This document shows, one piece after another, positions 13,075-32,577 of a stretch of DNA of 64,000 bases. Origin of the DNA: Azolla caroliniana (taxonomy: Eukaryota; Plantae; Polypodiophyta); contig JBHGNT010000022.1 in the NCBI GenBank assembly GCA_043228905.1, positions 558,001 through 622,000 on the forward strand. The letters run 5' to 3'. Both the position numbers and the translations under genes were made by a program. The stretch's first letter is position 1. Every line of letters begins with the position of its first letter. The notes beneath the pieces are model-generated. The model was not told where the DNA came from and made no database searches. It was given only the letters and a program-made list of their open reading frames with translations.

Positions 13075-15760
13075 TTAGCCTATCTTTGGTCTATGAGAGA
13101 GGGTTAGGTGACATTTAGTTCTAACTCGAGCAAATGTGTGAAAGATAAGAACTTTAGTTTTCTCTAGATTCACTACCAATACTCGTTGTGTGCAAAAGTC
13201 ATCTAAGGTATTAAGGTGCTTTTGTAGGTCGTGTTCAGACTCCAAGAGCAAGACTATGTCGTCTGCATAGAGTAAGAGGCTAACTTGTGTACCCCCAATG
13301 ACTACTTCGTTGCCTCCCCAAAAAGAGTCGATGATCTCATCAATGTCGGCCCCAAAAAGAGTCAATGATAGGGGGCAACCTTGTTTTACACCAATGGTGC
13401 TAGTGAAGCAATCAGATATGCCACATGGGCATCTTACACACCCAGAGACTTGCTCATATAAAGCATAGATGACCCAAATCATGTCATTTGGTATCTATAG
13501 GCTTTTAAGCCTATCAAACAACCACTCCCTAGGGACTATGTCAAAGGATTTGTGGAAGTCCACAAAACAACCATATAATTTCTTCTTGTGAGCCTTCGTC
13601 TAGTCAATTAAGCATCTATGTGTAAAGATATGGTCAATAGTGGAGAAGGCTTGTCTAAAGCAAGCTTGCTCGGGTGCTCGAAGACTTAAGGTTTCCATAT
13701 AATCGTTGGACCTCCTATGTTGTAATTTATTTATGACTTTCGTTACCCTAGAGGTCGTGAAAAGTGTCCCCATGGTAGGTCGAGGTGTGGGAATGGGTGG
13801 TTGGTTCCTGACGTGGTAGAGTCTCTCTGTATATGTGTGCCAAGTGTTGGGATCCTCAATGGATGTTTGTGGTCTTGGTTCCAATAGTCTCTTCCATGCA
13901 AGGGCGCAATCCCTACTCATGAGCATGATGTAGAGTTCCCAATATTGAGATGCTTCCCAAGCTCGTCTTTTACGATGTGTCATTTTGTGCATCTCTTTGC
14001 GAGCCTATACTAAGGAAATAGTACCACTATGTTGCGGCACTTTAAGTTGTCTATACAAATCTCTACAATCCTCATCATACCACCTATTATGTGGCATAGA
14101 CCCTATTTTATTGTGAATGGAATGTTTCATGTAGGGGAAGCTACTAATTATTGCTGAGTGAAGGATATGTGCGAGTTCTACAGTAAGGTTCTCTAAAGGC
14201 ATAAAGAATCAAGAGAGGAGAGATGGGCTTGAACATGTCAGGAGTAGATGTCAGAGAGCTCATGTATGAAACGTCTTGTGGTGTGAAGCTTTGGTTGACT
14301 AGAGTCGGTGGCGTTGGAGATGTCGCATTTTAGCTCAAAGTATAGGAAGTTATGGTCTGCACCAATAGGGTATGGGCCCACCCGGACGGAGTTAATCATG
14401 TGGGTAGCTTCAGGGTGTCCTATTAGATAATCAATTGTGCTTTCCCCTCCTCCATGTGGGAAACATGTAAGCTCTTCCAAGCCCATCCACTTGGCTAAAC
14501 CATTATATATGATCATCTGGTGTCGACTTCCAAGTTTGAGCAGATGATGGCCAAAGCTTGTGGTGTCCACACCGTGGTCTTTTGATCTATGTGTGATGCC
14601 TATGGCTAAAGGGTCGACATTCACTATTTCTAGGTTTTTATCCATATGAAATATTGTGCATTGTCGGGATTGGGTTCTCGCATTGAAATCTCCTACGAGG
14701 AAGACTTCCTCTTAAAAAGAATATTGCATTATGCATAGTATGAACCATACGTACCATACGTGCATTCACATTCATGAATGTTTCAATAATTCGTGTAAGA
14801 AAAACACCCTCAAAGAATGATAAATACCATACTTTTAGATTAACTATTTATTATGAGGTAAATAAGCCTAAAAAATGGAAAAAAACATTAAAAAAATGGG
14901 AAAAAAAAAACACAAGAATGTTTGAATAGCATTCGCATTCGTTTTCCAACGTAGGAAAACGAATGTTATGCTAGACGAACATGAATTTTACGTACTATGG
15001 CATTATGTCATCCGATAAAGGTTCGTATGGAGAATGCCCATGTCGCGCTCCTTCATCAACTAAACCCGCTTCTCCAACCATATTATAATGGGATCCTTTC
15101 GAGGGAAAGTAACAAATGACAATAAATATTGCCTGATCCTTGCTAGTGAGGACTTTCACCCACATAAAACGGGCTTCTGGGTCTGTCCTTAGTATTTCTA
15201 CCCTATTATGTATCTCTCTTTGAAACAATATTGCAAAACCTCCAGATCCTCTAGTAGTGTGTCGACGTGAGGTTTGTCTAAAAATAGACTCCCAACGAAA
15301 ACTTTCAACTCGTGGCAGTCCTCTATTTGAACTCTGATGTGTTTCTACTAAGAAAATTATATCAAATACCATCAAAATTTCCTCTAGACGGCCAAGGCAT
15401 GTCCAAAGTGCACCATTACAATTCCATAAAGTCATCCTAATTTTATTGTCTGTCACATGGGACACACGCCATCAATTGATGGCACGATCATTTATTATCA
15501 CTCATCCGTCTCAGTAAAAGGCGCAATGCCCTTCTTTACGAGCTTGCATGACTCATGTAATCTTGGTGAGGTCTTCATCTTAGTAGATAAGGTCCCCACC
15601 TAATCCTTGAAGAATTGGTCTCTCTTAAAAAATGTGATTCTAGATTCCAAGTCTTTAAACTGAAGGACTAAAGCTCTCTTCCTAGTAGTGTCACGTCCAA
15701 CCTCCAAGTTTTGGTGATTGGTAGGGCCTCTACGTACCCTAACATTTTCTCATGTGTGCA
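13075..15760 (-). mobile_element. Decayed LINE (ORF1 tail, APE endonuclease, RT)
   Basis: WNCNG and FLVETH, GDFNAR (after removing the MITE), STIDY and ADH APE motifs; RT GVKQGCPLS, LLYADD, VNLEKTKV; ORF1-like IY*DEDLT near 15580. Confidence 0.9.
14734..14999. mobile_element. hAT-type MITE (266 bp) inserted in the LINE endonuclease
   Basis: Ends CATAGTA...TACTATG; exact 8-bp TSD GCATTATG at 14726-14733 and 15000-15007; removal restores the frame leading to GDFNAR. Confidence 0.85.
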
Positions 15761-16484
15761 TCTTCATAGGGAGATGCCCCCTCTTTGAGTCTAGTGGCAC
15801 GTACAAGTACAAGCACACACACCACAAGAACGCACTCTACCGAGCAACCCATGTATGCACGTAGGTAGGGGAGGACCTACAACTAGCAACAACAATGGTC
15901 ACACAACAGCAACGGCGATGACATTGTAGGTTGTGTGGCAGCAATAACAGACAGCAACCAACATCACATGGCAACAATCGACATGACGTGGCAATGAAAT
16001 TTGATGACACTATGCCACAACCCAAATACTAAATCACTTGAGAGCAATAGGGAGAGAAATCATATATAATTCGTGGAGACAAGAACTACATCTAAACATG
16101 TATGAAGATGTGACTTATTTTCAACAAGATGTTTACAAGCTAAATACACTCCAATGGGCCATTCGCATAGTTACATAATTACAGTATATTACACAAAAAA
16201 TCCTCCACAATAGATGTTGCAAACATCAGTCAAATGTATACAACAAAAAAAGCCAGTGGGGTGGCATAAAGGGAGCTACCGATACAATGGGGCCAAGGAT
16301 CATAATTGAGCTAGATTACATTCCTTCACCGTTTTTCGAGGAATGTTACAACACCCAAATAATCACTATGTTCATCCCCATACCCATATTATAAAGCTAC
16401 ACGATGGTGCGCACCACCGAAGCTGTGGCTTCTAGGTGAATAGTTGATTTCGATTTTTTGTCGCGGCAATTATCAATTAATATC

Positions 16485-22512
<6,028 letters not shown>

Positions 22513-22564
22513 TGAATTATATTATGTCCCACTAGTGAGTCTCTCTCCACCACACAACCAACCT

Positions 22565-22715
22565 TGGATACCATTACTCCTCATCACTACTCATCCCATA
22601 TATACTAGTTATGCACTTCACACTCGTAAACCATCTCAAGAATCATCCCACTATATGTATTAAGATCATTATCATGGAACATTACGAAATCTAGAGCTTT
22701 AATTTTCTTCAGTAG
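22565..22715. repeat. Dispersed repeat, second copy at ~48450-48590
   Basis: CACTACTCATCCCAT...TAGTTATGCACTTCACACT.GTAAA..CATCTC.AGAA.CAT shared by both sites. Confidence 0.7.
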
Positions 22716-23949
22716 GGATATCATGAGGTAGCCCATATTTGTAATCATGATTTGTCTCATAGACTGCTCTTGGCCTCTAGTAGATGTCAATATATCATTC
22801 ATTCAATCAATCAATCTATCTATCTATCTATCTATCTCTTCTTTATTGTAAACAATGCATTCTGTCAACCTTATATTTTACACCCGCATCATTTGTCTGC
22901 TGAGTTGCATCTTCGTTTTTATTGTTCATTTTGGCCTTTTGCAGACATTTCATTTCATTTCTCATGCAATGTTGTGCTTATAGAATCAATGCAAATCTTC
23001 TAAACTGCATGTGACTATAGGTGGATAGCATATCAACCAGAAGTGCAAAGCGCAAAGATGTTCTCTAAAAGACCATTACAAAAAGTATCTATGTTCCAGA
23101 GCTAGCTGCAGCCTGTGAGGAAATAGGAACTCCATAAAACTGAGTGTTGAGCCATCCTCCTCACACTCTCAGATTCTTTCCCTTTTGTATAAATGAGATG
23201 TCAAGTGAAATTTTTCTTTAACCTTCTAAGGGTTTTGATATATTACTCTATCCTTAGAGAGATGTTAGCACCATTGGTGTTAAGAAAGTAAAAGAAAGGT
23301 GAATAGATTGGATAGAAGTACCCAATCTTCCCGACCACACCTGAGCTATGTTCAAGACAAAGCCAACCGACCACTGACATCCCACACAAACGGATATTAG
23401 GATGAATAATACCTTGCAAGAGGCTTTCATCAAGATGATTAGAGGTATGGGATAGGTTGGTTATGTCTCAATCATAGCTCAAGAAGGTCAGGTTATTCTA
23501 TCCAATCTATTCATCTTTCTTTACTTTTATTTGATCTATTGATTAGTAAAAGATTCTTAATAATTGGCCTCTCTCTCTCTCTATGGACGTTCAAAAATAT
23601 CTATCTATCTATGTGTGTGTGTGTCTCTCTCTCTATGGATGTTCAAAAATATCTATCTATCTAGCCATATATCTATCTATGTGTCTCTCTAAATTTGCAT
23701 GGGATATAAGCAAAAAGATCCAAAAGACACATAAAAGCAAAAGTGTGTGTTCCGGTTGGATGCTAGATATGAAAAAATGGTTGGGAAAATGAGACGCAAC
23801 ACACTTATTTCATGATGCATCAATAGCTTCCTTTGCGAATAGGGCCTTTTTTCAATGCCAATGTATCATTTGACATGGGAAAATGTGGATTTTCACATTT
23901 CACAAATTATATTACATATGTTGCACCTAATTACAAAACATATTTTTGT

Positions 23950-24330
23950 TGAGCAAGGATATAGCACACATCAATACATGTTAGAGCCCATCCCTTTGTC
24001 TACCATCCGAACTATTGCTTCCCTATTATTTAGTGCACACTCACTCACTTTAATGTGAGACAAAATGGTGGGAGATAGATGATGAAACAAGTTTGGGAGT
24101 CTAGGTATCATACTAATACAACACTCTGCCTTTGATGACATTCGATGATGGTTTTCACACATCTTTGACCAAACCCAATCCTTGCATGAAGTTCTCTCAC
24201 AATAACAATGAGTACTCTCAATTGCAACATTCATTAGTAAAGTTCTTGAACATCGAGAGTCACCACTCACTTTCACATGTATTATGTGAAAATATTTTAT
24301 TTTTTGGTCTCATAGATCATATTTGACCTC
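23950..24330 (-). mobile_element. Possible L1 ORF2 C-terminal zinc-knuckle remnant
   Basis: ESTHCYCERTSCKDWVW resembles the E..H.F..C.....W knuckle; heavily decayed. Confidence 0.4.
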
Positions 24331-25739
24331 CAAAGATAACAACAAAATCTATCTACCTACCTTGCTCTCTAAATTCTTGATTTTCTTCCTTTTATGTGCA
24401 TATATATATATCTATGTAAACTTTTTGGGGTGCGGATGCTAATGAAAAGAATGCAACTTGGAAGTAATTTTGGTGTGCCCAATGACTTGATATGACCATT
24501 GATGGATACACACTAGAGGTCCAGTGGACTAGCTCATCTAAATTAAGAGAGAATGAACACAATAGAAACTAAAACTAAAACAGATTATAATTTATACCCT
24601 ACTTAGTGTTACAATAAAAATATCTTACTTGAAAGAAAAGCCTCAAATCGTGCAGGTTAAAGATACCTCCTATTAACAAAACTTTCTCAAAATCACTTTT
24701 TTAAACCTGCATATGCAAGACAACGTTCTTGTAAACATCAGAAAATCAGAAAAATGAAACAGTATATGCATTTGAGCTTTTGAAAAACATAAGAGATTTG
24801 CAATACAGAAAAAAAAAGAGCTTGTAAATAACAGCAATCTATGTATGCATAAAATATAGTAGAAAACAAATTCAGAAAACACACATAATACTCTTATCTA
24901 TGTATCTAAATACGCATTTAAGCTTCTGAAAACTATGAGAGGTTTTCAAGACAGGAAAAAAAATACATGCAAACAACAATCTATATGCATACATACTTAC
25001 ATACATACAGGATAGGAGAAAACAAAGTCAGAAAAACCCATACACACATGTATGTGCATAAATATAGGTATGCATTTAAGAATTTAAAAAATATACATAT
25101 ACAAATGGGAGAAACAAGTTAAGAGAAAATAAACATTTATGCATTCAAGTTTTTGAAAAACGTTGGAGATTTTGAAGGTAGAAAGAATAGCTTGTAAATA
25201 GCAGAAATCTGTGTCAGTGTGCTATTGATTCTGGGGATGGGGGGTGAGGAACAGAGGAAAAACAATACCCATTAATCCATTTAATGGCTTTTCAAAATAC
25301 TTCATGAATGAAAAAGCAATATTAGGCAATGCTGAAGCGCTTCCAAATATCAATAGTCTCATTAATAAATGTTTTTTTTTTTGTTTGGAAAGAAAGACAC
25401 GGGACATAAAACCCAGCAGGCAAGATTGAAGCTTTTTTCTAAAACAGGAAAAAGAATGAATTAAAACAGAGGAAACAAAAAAAAAACAAAAAAAAACGGG
25501 CAAAATGTTGAAGATTGGTTTCCTTTTTTGTTTTGGCAAAAAGAAAAAGAGGTTACAAATTTTTGAAGGCAAAGAGAGAGAGAGAGAGAAATGGTGCATC
25601 TTGAAGACACAAAATTTCTGAGTTGTCAGAGATGAGAAATTCAACTGAGACAAAAGAAATGGGGGAAGAAGAGCTTCCTATTTTTGGGGAATTTACCAAA
25701 TTACCCTCTTCCCCATATCTGAGTAATTACAAAAACTAC

Positions 25740-25770
<31 letters not shown>

Positions 25771-27866
25771 CCAATTCACATAAGAAACAGATTCTGACTA
25801 CATTCAATCGAGCAAATCTCATCTTAATTACTCGCCAAATCCTATGTTTATTATTAGCGATAATGAGCAAGATGGACAATTTGCCGAATCGATTAGCCCA
25901 GCATTCGCATCCGGCTTGATTGAACACATATGTGATTCGTGGAGTTCTTACCCTATAATTTGGCATTTAATAAACATTATCATTCTAGGTAATGTGCTTG
26001 CCTAAATTCGCAACATGACATTATTTCCTGAGGGGAGAACAATAGATTCTCATTATTCTATAGACCAGAATTGGCCTATACATCATATTGTGCTAGAAGA
26101 AACAAAAATCCAACAAAAACTTATGGTCTTCCTTCAAAGTTGAAATAAGTTACCAATATTGTCTATGCATGGGAAAGAAACTCAATCATCTGTGAAAGAT
26201 AATTCTCCACAACACTTAAAGATTTCGAAAAACAAACAAAGGACATGAAAGTATCGAGGCTTATAGCTACAGCATGATTTTACATTATAGCTATATGGAA
26301 GATTGATTTATAACTTGATATGGAACCAATGTTCTCAACCCCTATAGAGTGGAACAATTTACCTACAATAAAACTTGTGCACATCATTGAATTTTACCGG
26401 GAAGAAGAGGCAAACCTTCTGAAATTGAGCCAAGGATGGTAGGAAGAGTTGTGAAGTTGCAAAATGAGAATGGAGAGAGTGAGAAGGTGTGAGAGAGTGA
26501 GTGAGAGTGAGAGAAAGAGATTATGTGTGTGTCAAAATGAGGTCACTATATAGTTTTTCATTTCATGATGATCACGTTTTACGTGGACACCACACCACGC
26601 TTCTCCCAAGTCCTATATACCTCATTGACCCTTTCGTTAGCTTTCTTTCCTTGATGTTATTTTTTTTTCTTGCAACACATTGATTCCACATCATTATTGA
26701 ACCCATTTAAAGTTGTGTCTTTATATATTGTCTCTCCAAAGAAATGTCAACATCTTGTCTCACTATTGTTGGGCTGGGGACACATGGTCTTCCGGCCCCC
26801 AAGATTTTTAAATAAATATCTATTGACACAAAACATATAATACCTTCTTTTGTAGCTTGACTGACAATACATATCACTTTACACATGGTGTATCTCAGAT
26901 GAGAAAGTTCACTTACAACATATTGTGTCTATCTAGCAAGTATGCCTACTAGTATTGTAGGAAACTAAGTAAGGTCCATAGTCATCACTCACTATACCAC
27001 CACCAAGAAAATAGATATATGTATATGTATATGTATATATATATATTGACCTTGACCTTGACAATTACTTTGTCGAGTTGTTCTCCTTTCCATCATTTTG
27101 TATTTTGTAGCTGATATGGTTTTTTTAAACTAATGGAAGGATATGTTTTTAAAAAATAAAAATAATAAAAATAAATAAATTAAGAGTCCCTAGGAAAAAA
27201 AACACTTCAATTGATGGAGGCAAGAGTGTGCGAGGAGGATCCTTGGTGCAAACACAACCCATCATGTGTGCGACTTTACCATAGCATATTCTAGATACTT
27301 TGCATGATTCCACATACTCTACCTTTCACAATAACAAGCCCATACAACCTCTCACGAGGCACCATCCAAAATTTTATGTTAATATCTCAATCTGATATGA
27401 TTCATATCAGATTGAGATATTCGCATTTGTGGAAAGAGAGATTATAAAAAGGAACATTAAGAGGAGCTTGACACTAATAAAATTTTATAATAAATATAAA
27501 AGTATTCGTTTTATTTTTAATAAATAAATAAAATACAATAAAGGTTCATTAATTCCTCACTTTTTATTCTCTAAAAAATTATAGATATTTTTATTTTGAT
27601 ATTAAAAATTGGACTTCACACGAATCATATTTCTATAATAAATATACAAATATTCGTTTTTAAAAATTAATTAATTAATTAAAATAAAGGTTCATAAACT
27701 TCCCCATTTTTTATTTGACATTATAAAAGAGAGTTAATACAAATCATATGTATATAATTTATTAATGAATGATTGTTCTTTTTTTAGTGAATTAAATGTA
27801 TTTAAATAAAAAAATGAATTAATTAATATTTTATATATTTTTGTAAAACGAATGGTTCTATAATAT

Positions 27867-28083
27867 TGTAAAATGCCTCAAACTCTCTTCCTTCTTTCTA
27901 TTACATTTGAATGCTTTTATACACCTTGGTAATACATTCCAAGATACATTCGGTTATCTTGGCACACTTACCTCTAACTAACCTCTTACTAACTAACCCA
28001 AGGTCTAACTCCCCTAACCCTGGTTATAGCTACTTGGGTTAAGGGAAGGGTTTTGGCCTGTGGTTTTACCACGCGATCCCACA
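27867..28083 (-). repeat. 3' LTR (217 bp) of the Ty3/gypsy element
   Basis: Near-identical to 32578-32809; preceded on the minus strand by the PPT. Confidence 0.95.
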
Positions 28084-31000
28084 ACTCTCCCCTTCAAAAA
28101 ATCTGAGTATGTCGACTGTGTCTGATGGTGCCTCTTCGCCTCCGTCACTGTGAGAGCGACATCCGCCGCGTTGCTATGGCAGAGGGCATCTCGATTGCTC
28201 GTGTGCGGTGGTGGCTCTGCTTTGTCCTGTTGGCTGGCTGCGACTGAAGGGTTTTCTGATTCATCCTCGCAGGGGACGTCATGGTGAGTTTCTTCCTCTT
28301 GTGCTTCTTGAGTTGTGGATTGTTGATTATATGGCTTCATCTGTATCACGTGCACATAAGTAATCCACCCATTAGCATCGCGGCGGAGGGAATAAGTGTT
28401 GGCTCTCATTGAACGGATTACCGTAAAAGGGCCGATCCATCGATGCATCATTGATTCACTAAGTCCTTGTCGGCGGATCGGGAAATAGACTAGGACCTTT
28501 GTTCTAGCTGTGTACTCGACCGCTCGACGACCCTTATCATAGCACCGCTTTTGGCGTGACTGAGCCAATTGTAGATTCTTGTGTATGCTCAACCGTAAGA
28601 TAGGTTGAACCTGTTGCAAGTGCAACCACCAATCCATCGCATCGGTTCTAGTATTTTTTTTTGGGTAGATCCACCTTGATGTCGGGGGGTAAACGGGGAT
28701 CTCTTCCATATAGTGCTCTGAAAGGGCTGATTCGAGTCGAGGCCTGCACCGAAGTGTTATACGCATGCGTGATGAAGGGTAGGATCAAATCCCACGTTGT
28801 GTGTAGTGGGTCGATGAATGCGGTAAGTTGTTGTTTAATCGTCTTGTTCATCCGTTCTGTCAATCCGTTCGTTTGGGGATGGTATGGGGAGGTGAATATC
28901 TGTTGAATCCCTAACTGTGTGGCTAATGCTTGCAATACCTCTCCGCTAAATTGCGGTCCTTGATCTGAGAGGATGCGAGTTGGGCAGCCATGTGGGAAAA
29001 TGATCTGCTCCATCAGCTTTGTTGCTATGGTGACGGCTCGGGCATCCGGAATTGCGGCGGTTTCGGTCCATCGTGTCAAGTATTCTGAGATGACTAAGAT
29101 ATACTTGTTTCCTGCCTGGGATTCGGGAAAAGGGTCGATGATATCCCATCCTATTAATTCAAAGGGTTCAGAAACAGTAATAGGTTGGAGTAGGCCGTCA
29201 TTGGAATGGGGAGGCTTAATTTGTTGACAAGAGTGACATTGTTTGATGTAGGCTGCGATCGTTGTACGCATTTGCGGCCAATAATATCGGAGACGGATCT
29301 TGTCCAATGCCTTGTGGAATCCGAGGTGGCCGGACATCGGGTGATCGTGAAAAAATTGCATATATAAATTCCGCAAGCTTTGTGGTATGTAGATTCGTGG
29401 CTCTTTCCCTGTTTGTATAAAGTATAAGACATTGTTTTGCAATTGGAAATGGGTGTGTACCTTTTTGCTTGTTGTCGATTGGATGTCATGGGTGATTTGT
29501 CGTATTTGCTCATCGGCTTGTTGTAGGGCTGCTATCTGGGCCATTGTTGTGGGTAATTGGACTAGTGTAGGATTGAATTGAACACATTGTGTTTCTACTC
29601 TTGACAAACCATCGACGATCACATTTTGGACTCATTTTTTGTAAGTTAAGGTGTACCGATATTCCTGTAAAGCCATTGCCCATCTTAATAGGCGACCTGG
29701 CGGGTGTGGCTTGTTAATTAGATGGATTAGGGGTTGGTGATCCGTTTCGACGTTGACGTGGGTGCCATGTAAATAGGGATGGAACTTTGTGAAAGCCCAT
29801 ACGATTGCTAACCATTCCTTTTCTGTTGTGGAGTAATTCTTTTCTGTAGGAGTAAGGGATCGACTTATATAGGCAATTGGGCGCTCTGCTCCTGTTGGAT
29901 CCGTTTGTTGTAGGACGGCTCCCAATCCATGATTGGATGCGTCTGTCTACAAAAGGAAGGGGCGTGAGAAATATGGGTGAGCTAACTGACCTGCTTGGTG
30001 TAGTGTATTTTTTAATTGGATGAAGCTGTTCTCGCATTCTGTTGTCCACTCAAACTTGGAGCCTTTTCGCAATAAGTGTCGTAGGGGTGTTGTCATGGTG
30101 GCCATATTGGGAATGAATCGGAACGAAAAAGTCGCCATGCCTAAGAAACGCTGCAAGGACTTGACGGTGGTTGGTCGGGGAAAATTGGTCACGGCCTCGG
30201 TCTTCTTTGGGTCCATCTGTAGGCCTTCGGCAGAAATTATGTAGCCCAAAAACTTGAGTTGGGTGCTACCCCATCTGCATTTTTTCCATTGTAATTTCAA
30301 ATTGTGTTGTTGTATTCGTTGTAGAACTGATTGTAATACCTTAACATGTTGTGGCCATGTGGAAGTATGAATTAGAATGTCATCCAGGTATACGAGCACT
30401 GTACCGTCAGCGATAAGGTCAGCGAATATTGAATTTGCCATCCGTTGAAATGTGCTGCCTGCATCGGACAAGCCAAATGGCATCCTATTGAACTGGAATA
30501 GCCCTATGTGTGTTCTGAAAGCTGTCTTATGTGCATCTCTTGGGTCCATTGGAATCTGCCAATATCCAGCCGCAAGATCGATAGAGATGAAGTATTTTGA
30601 GCATCCCAGCTGGTCCAAGAGATCATCTATTCGTGGCAGAGGGTAAAGGTCATGGATGGTAACTTGATTGAGCTTGCGAAAGTCAACACAAAATCGGTAT
30701 GTGCCATCATCCTTTTTGACCATGTGTGGCTCCGATACCCAATCACTATGTGAGGGTGAGATGATCCCCTTTTTAAGCATCTCATTAACTGCTTGGTCAA
30801 TGCGTGCATGATCTAAAGGAGAATGTCGTCTTGCTGCTGTCCGGACAGGTGTTGCGCTTCCTGTGTTGATGACATGTTGGACCGGGAATGAGACTGTAGT
30901 GGGCTTGTCAGATGAGTTGATTAGTTCGGGGTATTGAGCTAAAACCTTGTGGACATCACTTAGGCGAACCTCCTTGCTTAATGTTACCTGTGCATTGCTG

Positions 31001-31452
31001 ATTTGTTGGTTGCATTTGCTTGTGAACAAGGGAACTGGCCTTGCTTGTGGTAATGTGAGGTGACGCGTATGGAAATCGAGTTGGGCCTTGCTCTTGATGA
31101 ACCAATCACATCCGAGTGTGAGTGGGAACAATTGATGTGGAAGGACGTAAAAGGTGTGTGTGATCGTGGTGGAGCCTAGCTTGAGTGTGCAGACGACTGT
31201 GGTGTTGGACTTATATAGGCGTTGGTGATCGCCGAATAACACCTTGATGGGGGAGGCTTTGGAGGTTGAAAGATTGAGGCGATCAACCAGATCTTGACTG
31301 ATGGAAGATATGCTACTACCGGAATCGAAGAGAACTTCTTGCGGGCTATGGAGAATTGTCGCCATGGCCGTGCACACGGGAGAACTTGAGGATGTGGATG
31401 CTTGTATGTGCGGGGGTTGTGCTCCCTTCAACACCCCGCGACTTAGTTTTCT
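28014..31452 (-). pseudogene. pol (protease-RT-RNase H-integrase) with in-frame stops at 29947 and 29632 and a frameshift in an A-run near 28655
   Basis: LFDSGS protease, RFCVDFRKLN, YLDD, (Q)TDAS, ETDHQPL, HDHPMSGHLG...CHSC, SDQGPQF, PQTNGLTER, WIGPF. Confidence 0.92.
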
Positions 31453-32408
31453 GATAGGTCGGTCTGATAACTATTGTCAGCCAACTGTACTTGCACATTT
31501 TGCTTCTGTGTTTGGTTCCATTTCCGACAGTGTTTCTTCACGTGCCCATAGTTGTTGCAAAAAAAACACTTAGGTCTTCCTTGTGCATCGTGTGTTGGCA
31601 GGTTCCTTCTTGCTTGTAGTTGAGCGTTCTGGATATCGATTTCCATTGGCGTGGCGTTGCTATTGTATTGTTTCTCGGAATTGACATTGGATGACCAACT
31701 CATTTGGAGTTCTGTTTGTGTTGCTGCTTCAATGCGTTGTGCAATGAGGATGGCTTCTTGAAATGTTTTGGGGCCTTGATCGCGCACTCGACGATATATT
31801 TCTGGGCGTAGCCGTGGCCATAAGAAGAATAGCTTCATCGATTCTGGCATTGTTGGATTTGCGCGAGTAAGTAATTGTTGTAATCGGATTGCAAATTGTG
31901 TCACTGGCTCATGTTGTTGTTGTTTGATTGTCTCTAGTTGCTGCAAAGCCGTCTGAGTTGAGTCATGGTGAGCGAAATTCCCGATCATGAGGGATTTAAG
32001 TATCGACCAATCGTTCTTGGACTCCTCTGTTTGTTGTATGAACCATGTGGCCGCGATGCCCTCCAATAAAGTTCGCATCTCTAGTGCTTTCCGTGCTTTG
32101 GGCCACTGATGATAGCTCGCCACCATTTCAAAATGATCGAGCCAAGAAAGGATGTCCTCAGACGGCAGACCTGAGAAGGATTTAGGTCGTACTCGTGGGT
32201 CTAGCCGATTAGCGTGCCTATCTGTCTGCGAAGAGAAAAAAGATAGCATGGCCTGATTAGTCAAATTTGATTGTATTGCGATGTTAGATACCGCTTGTAT
32301 TAGTTGATCCAGCTGGAAAGCTTGACGGTTTTCTTGGTGTTGTTGCAGAAATTCTGGATTCATGTCGGTGCATTCTGTTGCACCGTTGTTCTGTATTGGA
32401 GATGCCAT
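31443..32408 (-). CDS. gag, 321 aa, single CCHC zinc knuckle
   Basis: PKSFSG..EDI..WL..FE capsid-like start, PMEID, CFFCNNYGHVKKHC; open ORF downstream of the PBS. Confidence 0.9.
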   Translation of the reverse strand: MASPIQNNGATECTDMNPEFLQQHQENRQAFQLDQLIQAVSNIAIQSNLTNQAMLSFFSSQTDRHANRLDPRVRPKSFSGLPSEDILSWLDHFEMVASYHQWPKARKALEMRTLLEGIAATWFIQQTEESKNDWSILKSLMIGNFAHHDSTQTALQQLETIKQQQHEPVTQFAIRLQQLLTRANPTMPESMKLFFLWPRLRPEIYRRVRDQGPKTFQEAILIAQRIEAATQTELQMSWSSNVNSEKQYNSNATPMEIDIQNAQLQARRNLPTHDAQGRPKCFFCNNYGHVKKHCRKWNQTQKQNVQVQLADNSYQTDLSEN

Positions 32409-32577
32409 ATGTATGTTGATTTCGACTTGCTCTTGTTGCGTCTTGTTGTGTTGGGTAGCGTTGCGGTTTCTTCTTCTTGATGTGGTGGTGTCTAATCTGT
32501 TGGAGTAGTGTCCTGTTTTGTTTCAGCTCTTTCTTGATTTGGTGTCTTGAGTGTTGCATGTCTTCTCCACCAAAGTG

